A DNA stretch of 64,000 nucleotides from Auanema rhodensis (lineage: Eukaryota > Animalia > Nematoda): the NCBI GenBank assembly GCA_964057225.1, contig OZ059900.1:868001-932000 (forward strand). The letters run 5' to 3'. The notes under the pieces are model-generated. The model was not told the DNA's origin, did not search any database, and saw nothing but the letters and a program-made list of their open reading frames with translations. Made by a program: the position numbers and the translations under genes. Below are positions 28,010 to 43,209 of this stretch, in pieces. Each line of letters starts with the position of its first letter. The first letter of the stretch is position 1.

Positions 28010-31000
28010 GTTTTATTGTCTATGACAACAAAAGTCATTAGTTAAACACTAATGATGTTTAAATCACTAAATTTCGCTCAAATAGCATTACTACACTAAG
28101 TATGGTCGTTTTTATGCCTTTAACACCATATACTCACCGATTTTTGGTACAAAATCTGTAATACTTGTAAATTTTGATCATATTCGTTAAGAGTCGAGAA
28201 TCAAACACATAATACACGAAATAAGTCTATTTTTATGAGTTTGCACTGATATCTATTCATTTTGATCAAAAAAGGTCGAAAATAGAAAGAATTTTTGAAA
28301 TTTCCGAGTTTTGAGTCCAATTTGGCTAAATCGCTCATATATATGATCAAAAGCATAGTTCTATTGTCTATAACAACAAAAGTCTTCAATTAAACGCTAG
28401 TGATGTTTTAATACTGAATTTCGCTCAAATAGCATTACTACACTAAGTATGGTCGTTTTTATGCCTTTAACACCATATACTCACCGATTTTTGGTACAAA
28501 ATCTGTAATACTCGTAAATTTTGATCATATTCGTTAAGATTTGAGAATCAAACATACAATACACAAAATCAGTCTATTTTTATGAGCTTGCACTGATATA
28601 TATTCATTTTGATCAAAAAAGGTCGAAAATAGAAAGAATTTTTGAAATTTACGAGTTTTGAGTCTAATTTGGCTAAATCGCTCATATATATGATCAGAAG
28701 CATAGTTTTATTGTCTATGACAACAAAAGTCATTAATTAAACACTAATAATGTTTAAATCACTAAATTTCGCTCAAATAGCATTACTACACTAAGTATGG
28801 TCGTTTTTATGCCTTTAACACCATATACTCACCGATTTTTGGTACAAAATCTGTAATACTTGTAAATTTTGATCATATTCGTTAAGATTTGAGAATCAAA
28901 CATACAATACACAAAATCAGTCTATTTTTATGAGCTTGCACTGATATATATTCATTTTGATCAAAAAAGGTCGAAAATAGAAAGAATTTTTGAAATTTCC
29001 GAGTTTTGAGTCCAATTGGGCTAAATCGCTCATATATATGATCAAAAGCATAGTTTTACTGTCTATGATAACAAAAGTCTTCAAATATACACTAATAATG
29101 ATTAAATCACTGAATTTCACTCAAATAGCATTACTACACTAAGTATGGTCGTTTTTATGCCTTTAACACCATATACTCACCGATTTTTGGTACAAAATCT
29201 GTGATACTCGTAAATTTTGATCATATTCGGTGAGATTCGAGAATCAAACACACAATACACGAAATAAGTTTATTTTTACGAGTTTGCACTGATATTTATT
29301 CATTTTGATCAAAAAAGGTCGAAAATAGAAAGAATTTTTGAAATTTCCGAGTTTTGAGTCTAATTTGGCTAAATCGCTCATATATATGATCAAAAGCATA
29401 GTTTTATTGTCTATGACAACAAAAGTCATCAATTAAACGCTAGTGATGTTTAAATACTGAATTTCGCTCAAATAGCATTACTACACTAAGTATGGTCGTT
29501 TTTATGCCTTTAACACCATATACTCACCGATTTTTGGTACAAAATCTGTAATACTCGTAAATTTTGATCATATTCGTTAAGATTTGAGAATCAAACATAC
29601 AATACACAAAATCAGTCTATTTTTATGAGCTTGCACTGATATATATTCATTTTGATCAAAAAAGGTCGAAAATAGAAAGAATTTTTGAAATTTACGAGTT
29701 TTGAGTCTAATTTGGCTAAATCGCTCATATATATGATCAGAAGCATAGTTTTATTGTCTATGACAACGAAAGTGATAAGTTAAACACTAATGATGTTTAA
29801 ATCACTAAATTTCGCTCAAATAGCATTACTACACTAAGTATGGTCGTTTTTATGCCTTTAACACCATATACTCACCGATTTTTGGTACAAAATCTGTAAT
29901 ACTTGTAAATTTTGATCAAATTCGTTAATATTCGAGAATCAAACACATAATACACGAAATAAGTCTATTTTTATGAGTTTGCACTGATATTTATTCATTT
30001 TGATCAAAAAAGGTCGAAATTAGAAAGAATTTTTGAATTTTCCGAGTTTTGAGTCCAATTGGGCTAAATCGCTCATATATATGATCAAAAGCATAGTTTT
30101 ACTGTCTATGATAACAAAAGTCTTCAAATATACACTAATAATGATTTAATCACTGAATTTCACTCAAATAGCATTACTACACTAAGTATGGTCGTTTTTA
30201 TGCCTTTAACACCATATACTCACCGATTTTTGGTACAAAATCTGTGATACTCGTAAATTTCGATCATATTGGGTGAGATTCGAGAATCAAACACACAATA
30301 CACGAAATAAGTTTATTTTTACGAGTTTGCACTGATATTTATTCATTTTGATCAAAAAAGGTCGAAAATAGAAAGAATTTTTGAAATTTCCGAGTTTTGA
30401 GTCTAATTTGGCTAAATCGCTCATATATATGATCAAAAGCATAGTTTTACTGTCTATGATAACAAAAGTCTTCAAATATACACTAATAATGTGTAAATCA
30501 CTGAATTTCACTCAAATAGCATTACTACACTAAGTATGGTCGTTTTTATGCCTTTAACACCATATACTCACCGATTTTTGGTACAAAATCTGTGATACTC
30601 GTAAATTTTGATCATATTCGGTGAGATTCGAGGATCGAACACACAATACACGAAATAAGTTTATTTTACGAGTTTGCACTGATATTTATTCATTTTTATC
30701 AAAAAAGGTCGAAAATAGAAAGAATTTTTGAAATTTCCGAGTTTTGAGTCTAATTTGGCTAAATCGCTCATATATATGATCAAACGCATAGTTTTACTGT
30801 CTATGATAACAAAAGTCTTCAAATATACACTAATAATGTGTAAATCACTGAATTTCACTCAAATAGCTTTACTACACTAAGTATGGTCGTTTTTATGCCT
30901 TTAACACCATATACTCACCGATTTTTGGTACAAAATCTGTAATACTCGTAAATTTTGATCATATTCGTTAAGATTTGAGAATCAAACATACAATACACAA

Positions 31001-34000
31001 AATCAGTCTATTTTTATAAGCTTGCACTGATATATATTCATTTTGATCAAAAAAGGTCGAAAATAGAAAGAATTTTTGAAATTTCCGAGTTTTGAGTCTA
31101 ATTTGGCTAAATCGCTCATATACATGATCAGAAGCATAGTTTCATTGTCTATGACAACAAAAGTCATCAATTAAACGCTAGTGATGTTTAAATACTGATT
31201 TTCGCTCAAATAGCATTACTACACTAAGTATGGTCGTTTTTATGCCTTTAACACCATATACTCACCGATTTTTGGTACAAAATCTGTAATACTCGTAAAT
31301 TTTGATCATATTCGTTAAGATTTGAAAATCAAACATACAATACGCAAAATCAGTCTATTTTTATGAGCTTGCACTGATATATATTCATTTTGATCAAAAA
31401 AGGTCGAAAATAGAAAGAATTTTTGAAATTTCCGAGTTTTGAGTCTAATTTGGCTAAATCGCTCATATATATGATCAAAAGCATAGTTTTATTGTCTATG
31501 ACAACAAAAGTCATCAATTAAACGCTAGTGATGTTTAAATACTGAATTTCGCTCAAATAGCATTACTACACTAAGTATGGTCGTTTTTATGCCTTTAACA
31601 CCATATACTCACCGATTTTTGGTACAAAATCTGTAATACTCGTAAATTTTGATCATATTCGTTAAGATTTGAGAATCAAACATACAATACACGAAATAAG
31701 TTTATTTTTACGAGTTTGCACTGATATTTATTCATTTTGATCAAAAAAGGTCGAAAATAGAAAGAATTTTTGAAATTTCCGAGTTTTGAGTCTAATTTGG
31801 CTAAATCGCTCATATATATGATCAAAAGCATAGTTTTACTGTCTATGATAACAAAAGTCTTCAAATATACACTAATAATGATTTAATCACTGAATTTCAC
31901 TCAAATAGCATTACTACACTAAGTATGGTCGTTTTTATGCCTTTAACACCATATACTCACCGATTTTTGGTACAAAATCTGTGATACTCGTAAATTTCGA
32001 TCATATTGGGTGAGATTCGAGAATCAAACACACAATACACGAAATAAGTTTATTTTTACGAGTTTGCACTGATATTTATTCATTTTGATCAAAAGAGGTC
32101 GAAAATAGAAAGAATTTTTGAAATTTCCGAGTTTTGAGTCTAATTTGGCTAAATCGCTCATATATATGATCAAAAGCATAGTTTTACTGTCTATGATAAC
32201 AAAAGTCTTCAAATATACACTAATAATGTGTAAATCACTGAATTTCACTCAAATAGCATTACTACACTAAGTATGGTCGTTTTTATGCCTTTAACACCAT
32301 ATACTCACCGATTTTTGGTACAAAATCTGTGATACTCGTAAATTTCGATCATATTCGTTAAGATTCGAGAATCAAACACACAATACACGAAATGAGTTTA
32401 TTTTCACGAGTTTGCACTGATATTTATTCATTTTGATCAAAAAAGGTCGAAATAAGAAAGAATTTTTGAATTTTCCGAGTTTTGAGTCCAATTTGGCTAA
32501 ATCGCTCATATATAAGATCAAAAGCATAGTTTTATTGTCTATAACAACAAAAGTCATCAATTAAACGCTAGTGATGTTTAAATACTGAATTTCGCTCAAA
32601 TAGCATTACTACACTAAGTATGGTCGTTTTTATGCCTTTAACACCATATACTCACCGATTTTTGGTACAAAATCTGTAATACTCGTAAATTTTGATCATA
32701 TTCGTTAAGATTTGAGAATCAAACATACAATACAAAAAATCAGTCTATTTTTATGAGCTTGCACTGATATATATTCATTTTGATCAAAAAAGGTCGAAAA
32801 TAGAAAGAATTTTTGAAATTTCCGAGTTTTGAGTCTAATTTGGCTAAATCGCTCATATATATGATCAAAAGCATAGTTTTACTGTCTATGATAACAAAAG
32901 TCTTCAAATATACACTAATAATGATTAAATCACTGAATTTCAGTCAAATAGCATTACTACACTAAGTATGGTCGTTTTTATGCCTTTAACACCATATACT
33001 CACCGATTTTTGGTACAAAATCTGTAATACTTGTAAATTTTGATCATATTTGTTAAGATTCGAGAATCAAACATACAATACACAAAATCAGTCTATTTTT
33101 ATAAGCTTGCACTGATATATATTCATTTTGATCAAAAAAGGTCGAAAATAGAAAGAATTTTTGAAATTTCCGAGTTTTGAGTCTAATTTGGCTAAATCGC
33201 TCATATACATGATCAGAAGCATAGTTTCATTGTCTATGACAACAAAAGTCATCAATTAAACGCTAGTGATGTTTAAATACTGATTTTCGCTCAAATAGCA
33301 TTACTACACTAAGTATGGTCGTTTTTATGCCTTTAACACCATATACTCACCGATTTTTGGTACAAAATCTGTAATACTCGTAAATTTTGATCATATTCGT
33401 TAAGATTTGAAAATCAAACATACAATACGCAAAATCAGTCTATTTTTATGAGCTTGCACTGATATATATTCATTTTGATCAAAAAAGGTCGAAAATAGAA
33501 AGAATTTTTGAAATTTCCGAGTTTTGAGTCTAATTTGGCTAAATCGCTCATATATATGATCAAAAGCATAGTTTTATTGTCTATGACAACAAAAGTCATC
33601 AATTAAACGCTAGTGATGTTTAAATACTGAATTTCGCTCAAATAGCATTACTACACTAAGTATGGTCGTTTTTATGCCTTTAACACCATATACTCACCGA
33701 TTTTTGGTACAAAATATGTAATACTCGTAAATTTTGATCATATTCGTTAAGATTTGAGAATCAAACATACAATACACAAAATCAGTCTATTTTTATGAGC
33801 TTGCACTGATATATATTCATTTTGATCAAAAAAGGTCGAAAATAGAAAGAATTTTTGAAATTTCCGAGTTTTGAGTCCAATTTGGCTAAATCGCTCATAT
33901 ATATGATCAAAAGCATAGTTTTATTGTCTATGACAACAAAAGTCATTAGTTAAACACTAATGATGTTTAAATCACTAAATTTCGCTCAAATAGCATTACT

Positions 34001-37000
34001 ACACTAAGTATGGTCGTTTTTATGCCTTTAACACCATATACTCACCGATTTTTGGTACAAAATCTGTAATACTTGTAAATTTTGATCATATTCGTTAAGA
34101 GTCGAGAATCAAACACATAATACACGAAATAAGTCTATTTTTATGAGTTTGCACTGATATCTATTCATTTTGATCAAAAAAGGTCGAAAATAGAAAGAAT
34201 TTTTGAAATTTCCGAGTTTTGAGTCCAATTTGGCTAAATCGCTCATATATATGATCAAAAGCATAGTTCTATTGTCTATAACAACAAAAGTCTTCAATTA
34301 AACGCTAGTGATGTTTTAATACTGAATTTCGCTCAAATAGCATTACTACACTAAGTATGGTCGTTTTTATGCCTTTAACACCATATACTCACCGATTTTT
34401 GGTACAAAATCTGTAATACTCGTAAATTTTGATCATATTCGTTAAGATTTGAGAATCAAACATACAATACACAAAATCAGTCTATTTTTATGAGCTTGCA
34501 CTGATATATATTCATTTTGATCAAAAAAGGTCGAAAATAGAAAGAATTTTTGAAATTTACGAGTTTTGAGTCTAATTTGGCTAAATCGCTCATATATATG
34601 ATCAGAAGCATAGTTTTATTGTCTATGACAACAAAAGTCATTAATTAAACACTAATAATGTTTAAATCACTAAATTTCGCTCAAATAGCATTACTACACT
34701 AAGTATGGTCGTTTTTATGCCTTTAACACCATATACTCACCGATTTTTGGTACAAAATCTGTAATACTTGTAAATTTTGATCATATTCGTTAAGATTTGA
34801 GAATCAAACATACAATACACAAAATCAGTCTATTTTTATGAGCTTGCACTGATATATATTCATTTTGATCAAAAAAGGTCGAAAATAGAAAGAATTTTTG
34901 AAATTTCCGAGTTTTGAGTCCAATTGGGCTAAATCGATCATATATATGATCAAAAGCATAGTTTTACTGTCTATGATAACAAAAGTCTTCAAATATACAC
35001 TAATAATGTGTAAATCACTGAATTTCACTCAAATAGCATTACTACACTAAGTATGGTCGTTTTTATGCCTTTAACACCATATACTCACCGATTTTTGGTA
35101 CAAAATCTGTGATACTCGTAAATTTCGATCATATTCGTTAAGATTCGAGAATCAAACACACAATACACGAAATGAGTTTATTTTCACGAGTTTGCACTGA
35201 TATTTATTCATTTTGATCAAAAAAGGTCGAAATAAGAAAGAATTTTTGAATTTTCCGAGTTTTGAGTCCAATTTGGCTAAATCGCTCATATATAAGATCA
35301 AAAGCATAGTTTTATTGTCTATAACAACAAAAGTCATCAATTAAACGCTAGTGATGTTTAAATACTGAATTTCGCTCAAATAGCATTACTACACTAAGTA
35401 TGGTCGTTTTTATGCCTTTAACACCATATACTCACCGATTTTTGGTACAAAATCTGTAATACTCGTAAATTTTGATCATATTCGTTAAGATTTGAGAATC
35501 AAACATACAATACAAAAAATCAGTCTATTTTTATGAGCTTGCACTGATATATATTCATTTTGATCAAAAAAGGTCGAAAATAGAAAGAATTTTTGAAATT
35601 TCCGAGTTTTGAGTCTAATTTGGCTAAATCGCTCATATATATGATCAAAAGCATAGTTTTACTGTCTATGATAACAAAAGTCTTCAAATATACACTAATA
35701 ATGATTAAATCACTGAATTTCAGTCAAATAGCATTACTACACTAAGTATGGTCGTTTTTATGCCTTTAACACCATATACTCACCGATTTTTGGTACAAAA
35801 TCTGTAATACTTGTAAATTTTGATCATATTTGTTAAGATTCGAGAATCAAACATACAATACACAAAATCAGTCTATTTTTATAAGCTTGCACTGATATAT
35901 ATTCATTTTGATCAAAAAAGGTCGAAAATAGAAAGAATTTTTGAAATTTCCGAGTTTTGAGTCTAATTTGGCTAAATCGCTCATATACATGATCAGAAGC
36001 ATAGTTTCATTGTCTATGACAACAAAAGTCATCAATTAAACGCTAGTGATGTTTAAATACTGATTTTCGCTCAAATAGCATTACTACACTAAGTATGGTC
36101 GTTTTTATGCCTTTAACACCATATACTCACCGATTTTTGGTACAAAATCTGTAATACTCGTAAATTTTGATCATATTCGTTAAGATTTGAAAATCAAACA
36201 TACAATACGCAAAATCAGTCTATTTTTATGAGCTTGCACTGATATATATTCATTTTGATCAAAAAAGGTCGAAAATAGAAAGAATTTTTGAAATTTCCGA
36301 GTTTTGAGTCTAATTTGGCTAAATCGCTCATATATATGATCAAAAGCATAGTTTTATTGTCTATGACAACAAAAGTCATCAATTAAACGCTAGTGATGTT
36401 TAAATACTGAATTTCGCTCAAATAGCATTACTACACTAAGTATGGTCGTTTTTATGCCTTTAACACCATATACTCACCGATTTTTGGTACAAAATATGTA
36501 ATACTCGTAAATTTTGATCATATTCGTTAAGATTTGAGAATCAAACATACAATACACAAAATCAGTCTATTTTTATGAGCTTGCACTGATATATATTCAT
36601 TTTGATCAAAAAAGGTCGAAAATAGAAAGAATTTTTGAAATTTCCGAGTTTTGAGTCCAATTTGGCTAAATCGCTCATATATATGATCAAAAGCATAGTT
36701 TTATTGTCTATGACAACAAAAGTCATTAGTTAAACACTAATGATGTTTAAATCACTAAATTTCGCTCAAATAGCATTACTACACTAAGTATGGTCGTTTT
36801 TATGCCTTTAACACCATATACTCACCGATTTTTGGTACAAAATCTGTAATACTTGTAAATTTTGATCATATTCGTTAAGAGTCGAGAATCAAACACATAA
36901 TACACGAAATAAGTCTATTTTTATGAGTTTGCACTGATATCTATTCATTTTGATCAAAAAAGGTCGAAAATAGAAAGAATTTTTGAAATTTCCGAGTTTT

Positions 37001-40000
37001 GAGTCCAATTTGGCTAAATCGCTCATATATATGATCAAAAGCATAGTTCTATTGTCTATAACAACAAAAGTCTTCAATTAAACGCTAGTGATGTTTTAAT
37101 ACTGAATTTCGCTCAAATAGCATTACTACACTAAGTATGGTCGTTTTTATGCCTTTAACACCATATACTCACCGATTTTTGGTACAAAATCTGTAATACT
37201 CGTAAATTTTGATCATATTCGTTAAGATTTGAGAATCAAACATACAATACACAAAATCAGTCTATTTTTATGAGCTTGCACTGATATATATTCATTTTGA
37301 TCAAAAAAGGTCGAAAATAGAAAGAATTTTTGAAATTTACGAGTTTTGAGTCTAATTTGGCTAAATCGCTCATATATATGATCAGAAGCATAGTTTTATT
37401 GTCTATGACAACAAAAGTCATTAATTAAACACTAATAATGTTTAAATCACTAAATTTCGCTCAAATAGCATTACTACACTAAGTATGGTCGTTTTTATGC
37501 CTTTAACACCATATACTCACCGATTTTTGGTACAAAATCTGTAATACTTGTAAATTTTGATCATATTCGTTAAGATTTGAGAATCAAACATACAATACAC
37601 AAAATCAGTCTATTTTTATGAGCTTGCACTGATATATATTCATTTTGATCAAAAAAGGTCGAAAATAGAAAGAATTTTTGAAATTTCCGAGTTTTGAGTC
37701 CAATTGGGCTAAATCGATCATATATATGATCAAAAGCATAGTTTTACTGTCTATGATAACAAAAGTCTTCAAATATACACTAATAATGATTAAATCACTG
37801 AATTTCACTCAAATAGCATTACTACACTAAGTATGGTCGTTTTTATGCCTTTAACACCATATACTCACCGATTTTTGGTACAAAATCTGTGATACTCGTA
37901 AATTTTGATCATATTCGGTGAGATTCGAGAATCAAACACACAATACACGAAATAAGTTTATTTTTACGAGTTTGCACTGATATTTATTCATTTTGATCAA
38001 AAAAGGTCGAAAATAGAAAGAATTTTTGAAATTTCCGAGTTTTGAGTCTAATTTGGCTAAATCGCTCATATATATGATCAAAAGCATAGTTTTATTGTCT
38101 ATGACAACAAAAGTCATCAATTAAACGCTAGTGATGTTTAAATACTGAATTTCGCTCAAATAGCATTACTACACTACGTATGGTCGTTTTTATGCCTTTA
38201 ACACCATATACTCACCGATTTTTGGTACAAAATCTGTAATACTCGTAAATTTTGATCATATTCGTTAAGATTTGAGAATCAAACATACAATACACAAAAT
38301 CAGTCTATTTTTATGAGCTTGCACTGATATATATTCATTTTGATCAAAAAAGGTCGAAAATAGAAAGAATTTTTGAAATTTACGAGTTTTGAGTCTAATT
38401 TGGCTAAATCGCTCATATATATGATCAGAAGCATAGTTTTATTGTCTATGACAACGAAAGTGATAAGTTAAACACTAATGATGTTTAAATCACTAAATTT
38501 CGCTCAAATAGCATTACTACACTAAGTATGGTCGTTTTTATGCCTTTAACACCATATACTCACCGATTTTTGGTACAAAATCTGTAATACTTGTAAATTT
38601 TGATCAAATTCGTTAATATTCGAGAATCAAACACATAATACACGAAATAAGTCTATTTTTATGAGTTTGCACTGATATTTATTCATTTTGATCAAAAAAG
38701 GTCGAAATTAGAAAGAATTTTTGAATTTTCCGAGTTTTGAGTCCAATTGGGCTAAATCGCTCATATATATGATCAAAAGCATAGTTTTACTGTCTATGAT
38801 AACAAAAGTCTTCAAATATACACTAATAATGATTTAATCACTGAATTTCACTCAAATAGCATTACTACACTAAGTATGGTCGTTTTTATGCCTTTAACAC
38901 CATATACTCACCGATTTTTGGTACAAAATCTGTGATACTCGTAAATTTCGATCATATTGGGTGAGATTCGAGAATCAAACACACAATACACGAAATAAGT
39001 TTATTTTTACGAGTTTGCACTGATATTTATTCATTTTGATCAAAAAAGGTCGAAAATAGAAAGAATTTTTGAAATTTCCGAGTTTTGAGTCTAATTTGGC
39101 TAAATCGCTCATATATATGATCAAAAGCATAGTTTTACTGTCTATGATAACAAAAGTCTTCAAATATACACTAATAATGTGTAAATCACTGAATTTCACT
39201 CAAATAGCATTACTACACTAAGTATGGTCGTTTTTATGCCTTTAACACCATATACTCACCGATTTTTGGTACAAAATCTGTGATACTCGTAAATTTTGAT
39301 CATATTCGGTGAGATTCGAGGATCGAACACACAATACACGAAATAAGTTTATTTTACGAGTTTGCACTGATATTTATTCATTTTTATCAAAAAAGGTCGA
39401 AAATAGAAAGAATTTTTGAAATTTCCGAGTTTTGAGTCTAATTTGGCTAAATCGCTCATATATATGATCAAACGCATAGTTTTACTGTCTATGATAACAA
39501 AAGTCTTCAAATATACACTAATAATGTGTAAATCACTGAATTTCACTCAAATAGCTTTACTACACTAAGTATGGTCGTTTTTATGCCTTTAACACCATAT
39601 ACTCACCGATTTTTGGTACAAAATCTGTAATACTCGTAAATTTTGATCATATTCGTTAAGATTTGAGAATCAAACATACAATACACAAAATCAGTCTATT
39701 TTTATAAGCTTGCACTGATATATATTCATTTTGATCAAAAAAGGTCGAAAATAGAAAGAATTTTTGAAATTTCCGAGTTTTGAGTCTAATTTGGCTAAAT
39801 CGCTCATATACATGATCAGAAGCATAGTTTCATTGTCTATGACAACAAAAGTCATCAATTAAACGCTAGTGATGTTTAAATACTGATTTTCGCTCAAATA
39901 GCATTACTACACTAAGTATGGTCGTTTTTATGCCTTTAACACCATATACTCACCGATTTTTGGTACAAAATCTGTAATACTCGTAAATTTTGATCATATT

Positions 40001-42402
40001 CGTTAAGATTTGAAAATCAAACATACAATACGCAAAATCAGTCTATTTTTATGAGCTTGCACTGATATATATTCATTTTGATCAAAAAAGGTCGAAAATA
40101 GAAAGAATTTTTGAAATTTCCGAGTTTTGAGTCTAATTTGGCTAAATCGCTCATATATATGATCAAAAGCATAGTTTTATTGTCTATGACAACAAAAGTC
40201 ATCAATTAAACGCTAGTGATGTTTAAATACTGAATTTCGCTCAAATAGCATTACTACACTAAGTATGGTCGTTTTTATGCCTTTAACACCATATACTCAC
40301 CGATTTTTGGTACAAAATCTGTAATACTCGTAAATTTTGATCATATTCGTTAAGATTTGAGAATCAAACATACAATACACGAAATAAGTTTATTTTTACG
40401 AGTTTGCACTGATATTTATTCATTTTGATCAAAAAAGGTCGAAAATAGAAAGAATTTTTGAAATTTCCGAGTTTTGAGTCTAATTTGGCTAAATCGCTCA
40501 TATATATGATCAAAAGCATAGTTTTACTGTCTATGATAACAAAAGTCTTCAAATATACACTAATAATGATTTAATCACTGAATTTCACTCAAATAGCATT
40601 ACTACACTAAGTATGGTCGTTTTTATGCCTTTAACACCATATACTCACCGATTTTTGGTACAAAATCTGTGATACTCGTAAATTTCGATCATATTGGGTG
40701 AGATTCGAGAATCAAACACACAATACACGAAATAAGTTTATTTTTACGAGTTTGCACTGATATTTATTCATTTTGATCAAAAAAGGTCGAAAATAGAAAG
40801 AATTTTTGAAATTTCCGAGTTTTGAGTCTAATTTGGCTAAATCGCTCATATATATGATCAAAAGCATAGTTTTACTGTCTATGATAACAAAAGTCTTCAA
40901 ATATACACTAATAATGTGTAAATCACTGAATTTCACTCAAATAGCATTACTACACTAAGTATGGTCGTTTTTATGCCTTTAACACCATATACTCACCGAT
41001 TTTTGGTACAAAATCTGTGATACTCGTAAATTTCGATCATATTCGTTAAGATTCGAGAATCAAACACACAATACACGAAATGAGTTTATTTTCACGAGTT
41101 TGCACTGATATTTATTCATTTTGATCAAAAAAGGTCGAAATAAGAAAGAATTTTTGAATTTTCCGAGTTTTGAGTCCAATTTGGCTAAATCGCTCATATA
41201 TAAGATCAAAAGCATAGTTTTATTGTCTATAACAACAAAAGTCATCAATTAAACGCTAGTGATGTTTAAATACTGAATTTCGCTCAAATAGCATTACTAC
41301 ACTAAGTATGGTCGTTTTTATGCCTTTAACACCATATACTCACCGATTTTTGGTACAAAATCTGTAATACTCGTAAATTTTGATCATATTCGTTAAGATT
41401 TGAGAATCAAACATACAATACAAAAAATCAGTCTATTTTTATGAGCTTGCACTGATATATATTCATTTTGATCAAAAAAGGTCGAAAATAGAAAGAATTT
41501 TTGAAATTTCCGAGTTTTGAGTCTAATTTGGCTAAATCGCTCATATATATGATCAAAAGCATAGTTTTACTGTCTATGATAACAAAAGTCTTCAAATATA
41601 CACTAATAATGATTAAATCACTGAATTTCAGTCAAATAGCATTACTACACTAAGTATGGTCGTTTTTATGCCTTTAACACCATATACTCACCGATTTTTG
41701 GTACAAAATCTGTAATACTTGTAAATTTTGATCATATTTGTTAAGATTCGAGAATCAAACATACAATACACAAAATCAGTCTATTTTTATAAGCTTGCAC
41801 TGATATATATTCATTTTGATCAAAAAAGGTCGAAAATAGAAAGAATTTTTGAAATTTCCGAGTTTTGAGTCTAATTTGGCTAAATCGCTCATATACATGA
41901 TCAGAAGCATAGTTTCATTGTCTATGACAACAAAAGTCATCAATTAAACGCTAGTGATGTTTAAATACTGATTTTCGCTCAAATAGCATTACTACACTAA
42001 GTATGGTCGTTTTTATGCCTTTAACACCATATACTCACCGATTTTTGGTACAAAATCTGTAATACTCGTAAATTTTGATCATATTCGTTAAGATTTGAAA
42101 ATCAAACATACAATACGCAAAATCAGTCTATTTTTATGAGCTTGCACTGATATATATTCATTTTGATCAAAAAAGGTCGAAAATAGAAAGAATTTTTGAA
42201 ATTTCCGAGTTTTGAGTCTAATTTGGCTAAATCGCTCATATATATGATCAAAAGCATAGTTTTATTGTCTATGACAACAAAAGTCATCAATTAAACGCTA
42301 GTGATGTTTAAATACTGAATTTCGCTCAAATAGCATTACTACACTAAGTATGGTCGTTTTTATGCCTTTAACACCATATACTCACCGATTTTTGGTACAA
42401 AA
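28010..42402 (+). repeat. Nested higher-order repeat: 25-monomer offset (8688 bp) = 17-mer (5908 bp) plus an internal 8-mer duplication (2780 bp)
   Basis: 8688: 28201/36889, 29244/37932, 30287/38975, 30661/39349, 31676/40364, 32372/41060. 2780: 32372/35152, 34109/36889, 34825/37605, with private SNPs at 33716/36496 and 34937/37717. 5908: 28201/34109. Confidence 0.88.
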
Positions 42403-43209
42403 TCTGTAATACTCGTAAATTTTGATCATATTTGTTAAGATTTGAGAATCAAACATACAATACACAAAATCAGTCTATTTTTATGAGCTTGCACTGATAT
42501 ATATTCATTTTGATCAAAAAAGGTCGAAAATAGAAAGAATTTTTGAAATTTACGAGTTTTGAGTCTAATTTGGCTAAATCGCTCATATATATGATCAGAA
42601 GCATAGTTTTATTGTCTATGACAACAAAAGTGATTAGTTAAACACTAATGATGTTTAAATCACTAAATTTCGCTCAAATAGCATTACTACACTAAGTATG
42701 GTCGTTTTTATGCCTTTAACACCATATACTCACCGATTTTTGGTACAAAATCTGTAATACTTGTAAATTTTGATCATATTCGTTAAGATTCGAGAATCAA
42801 ACACATAATACACGAAATAAGTCTATTTTTATGAGTTTGCACTGATATTTATTCATTTTGATCAAAAAAGGTCGAAAATAGAAAGAATTTTTGAATTTTC
42901 CGAGTTTTGAGTCCAATTGGGCTAAATCGCTCATATATATGATCAAAAGCATAGTTTTACTGTCTATGATAACAAAAGTCTTCAAATATACACTAATAAT
43001 GATTTAATCACTGAATTTCACTCAAATAGCATTACTACACTAAGTATGGTCGTTTTTATGCCTTTAACACCATATACTCACCGATTTTTGGTACAAAATC
43101 TGTGATACTCGTAAATTTCGATCATATTGGGTGAGATTCGAGAATCAAACACACAATACACGAAATAAGTTTATTTTTACGAGTTTGCACTGATATTTAT
43201 TCATTTTGA

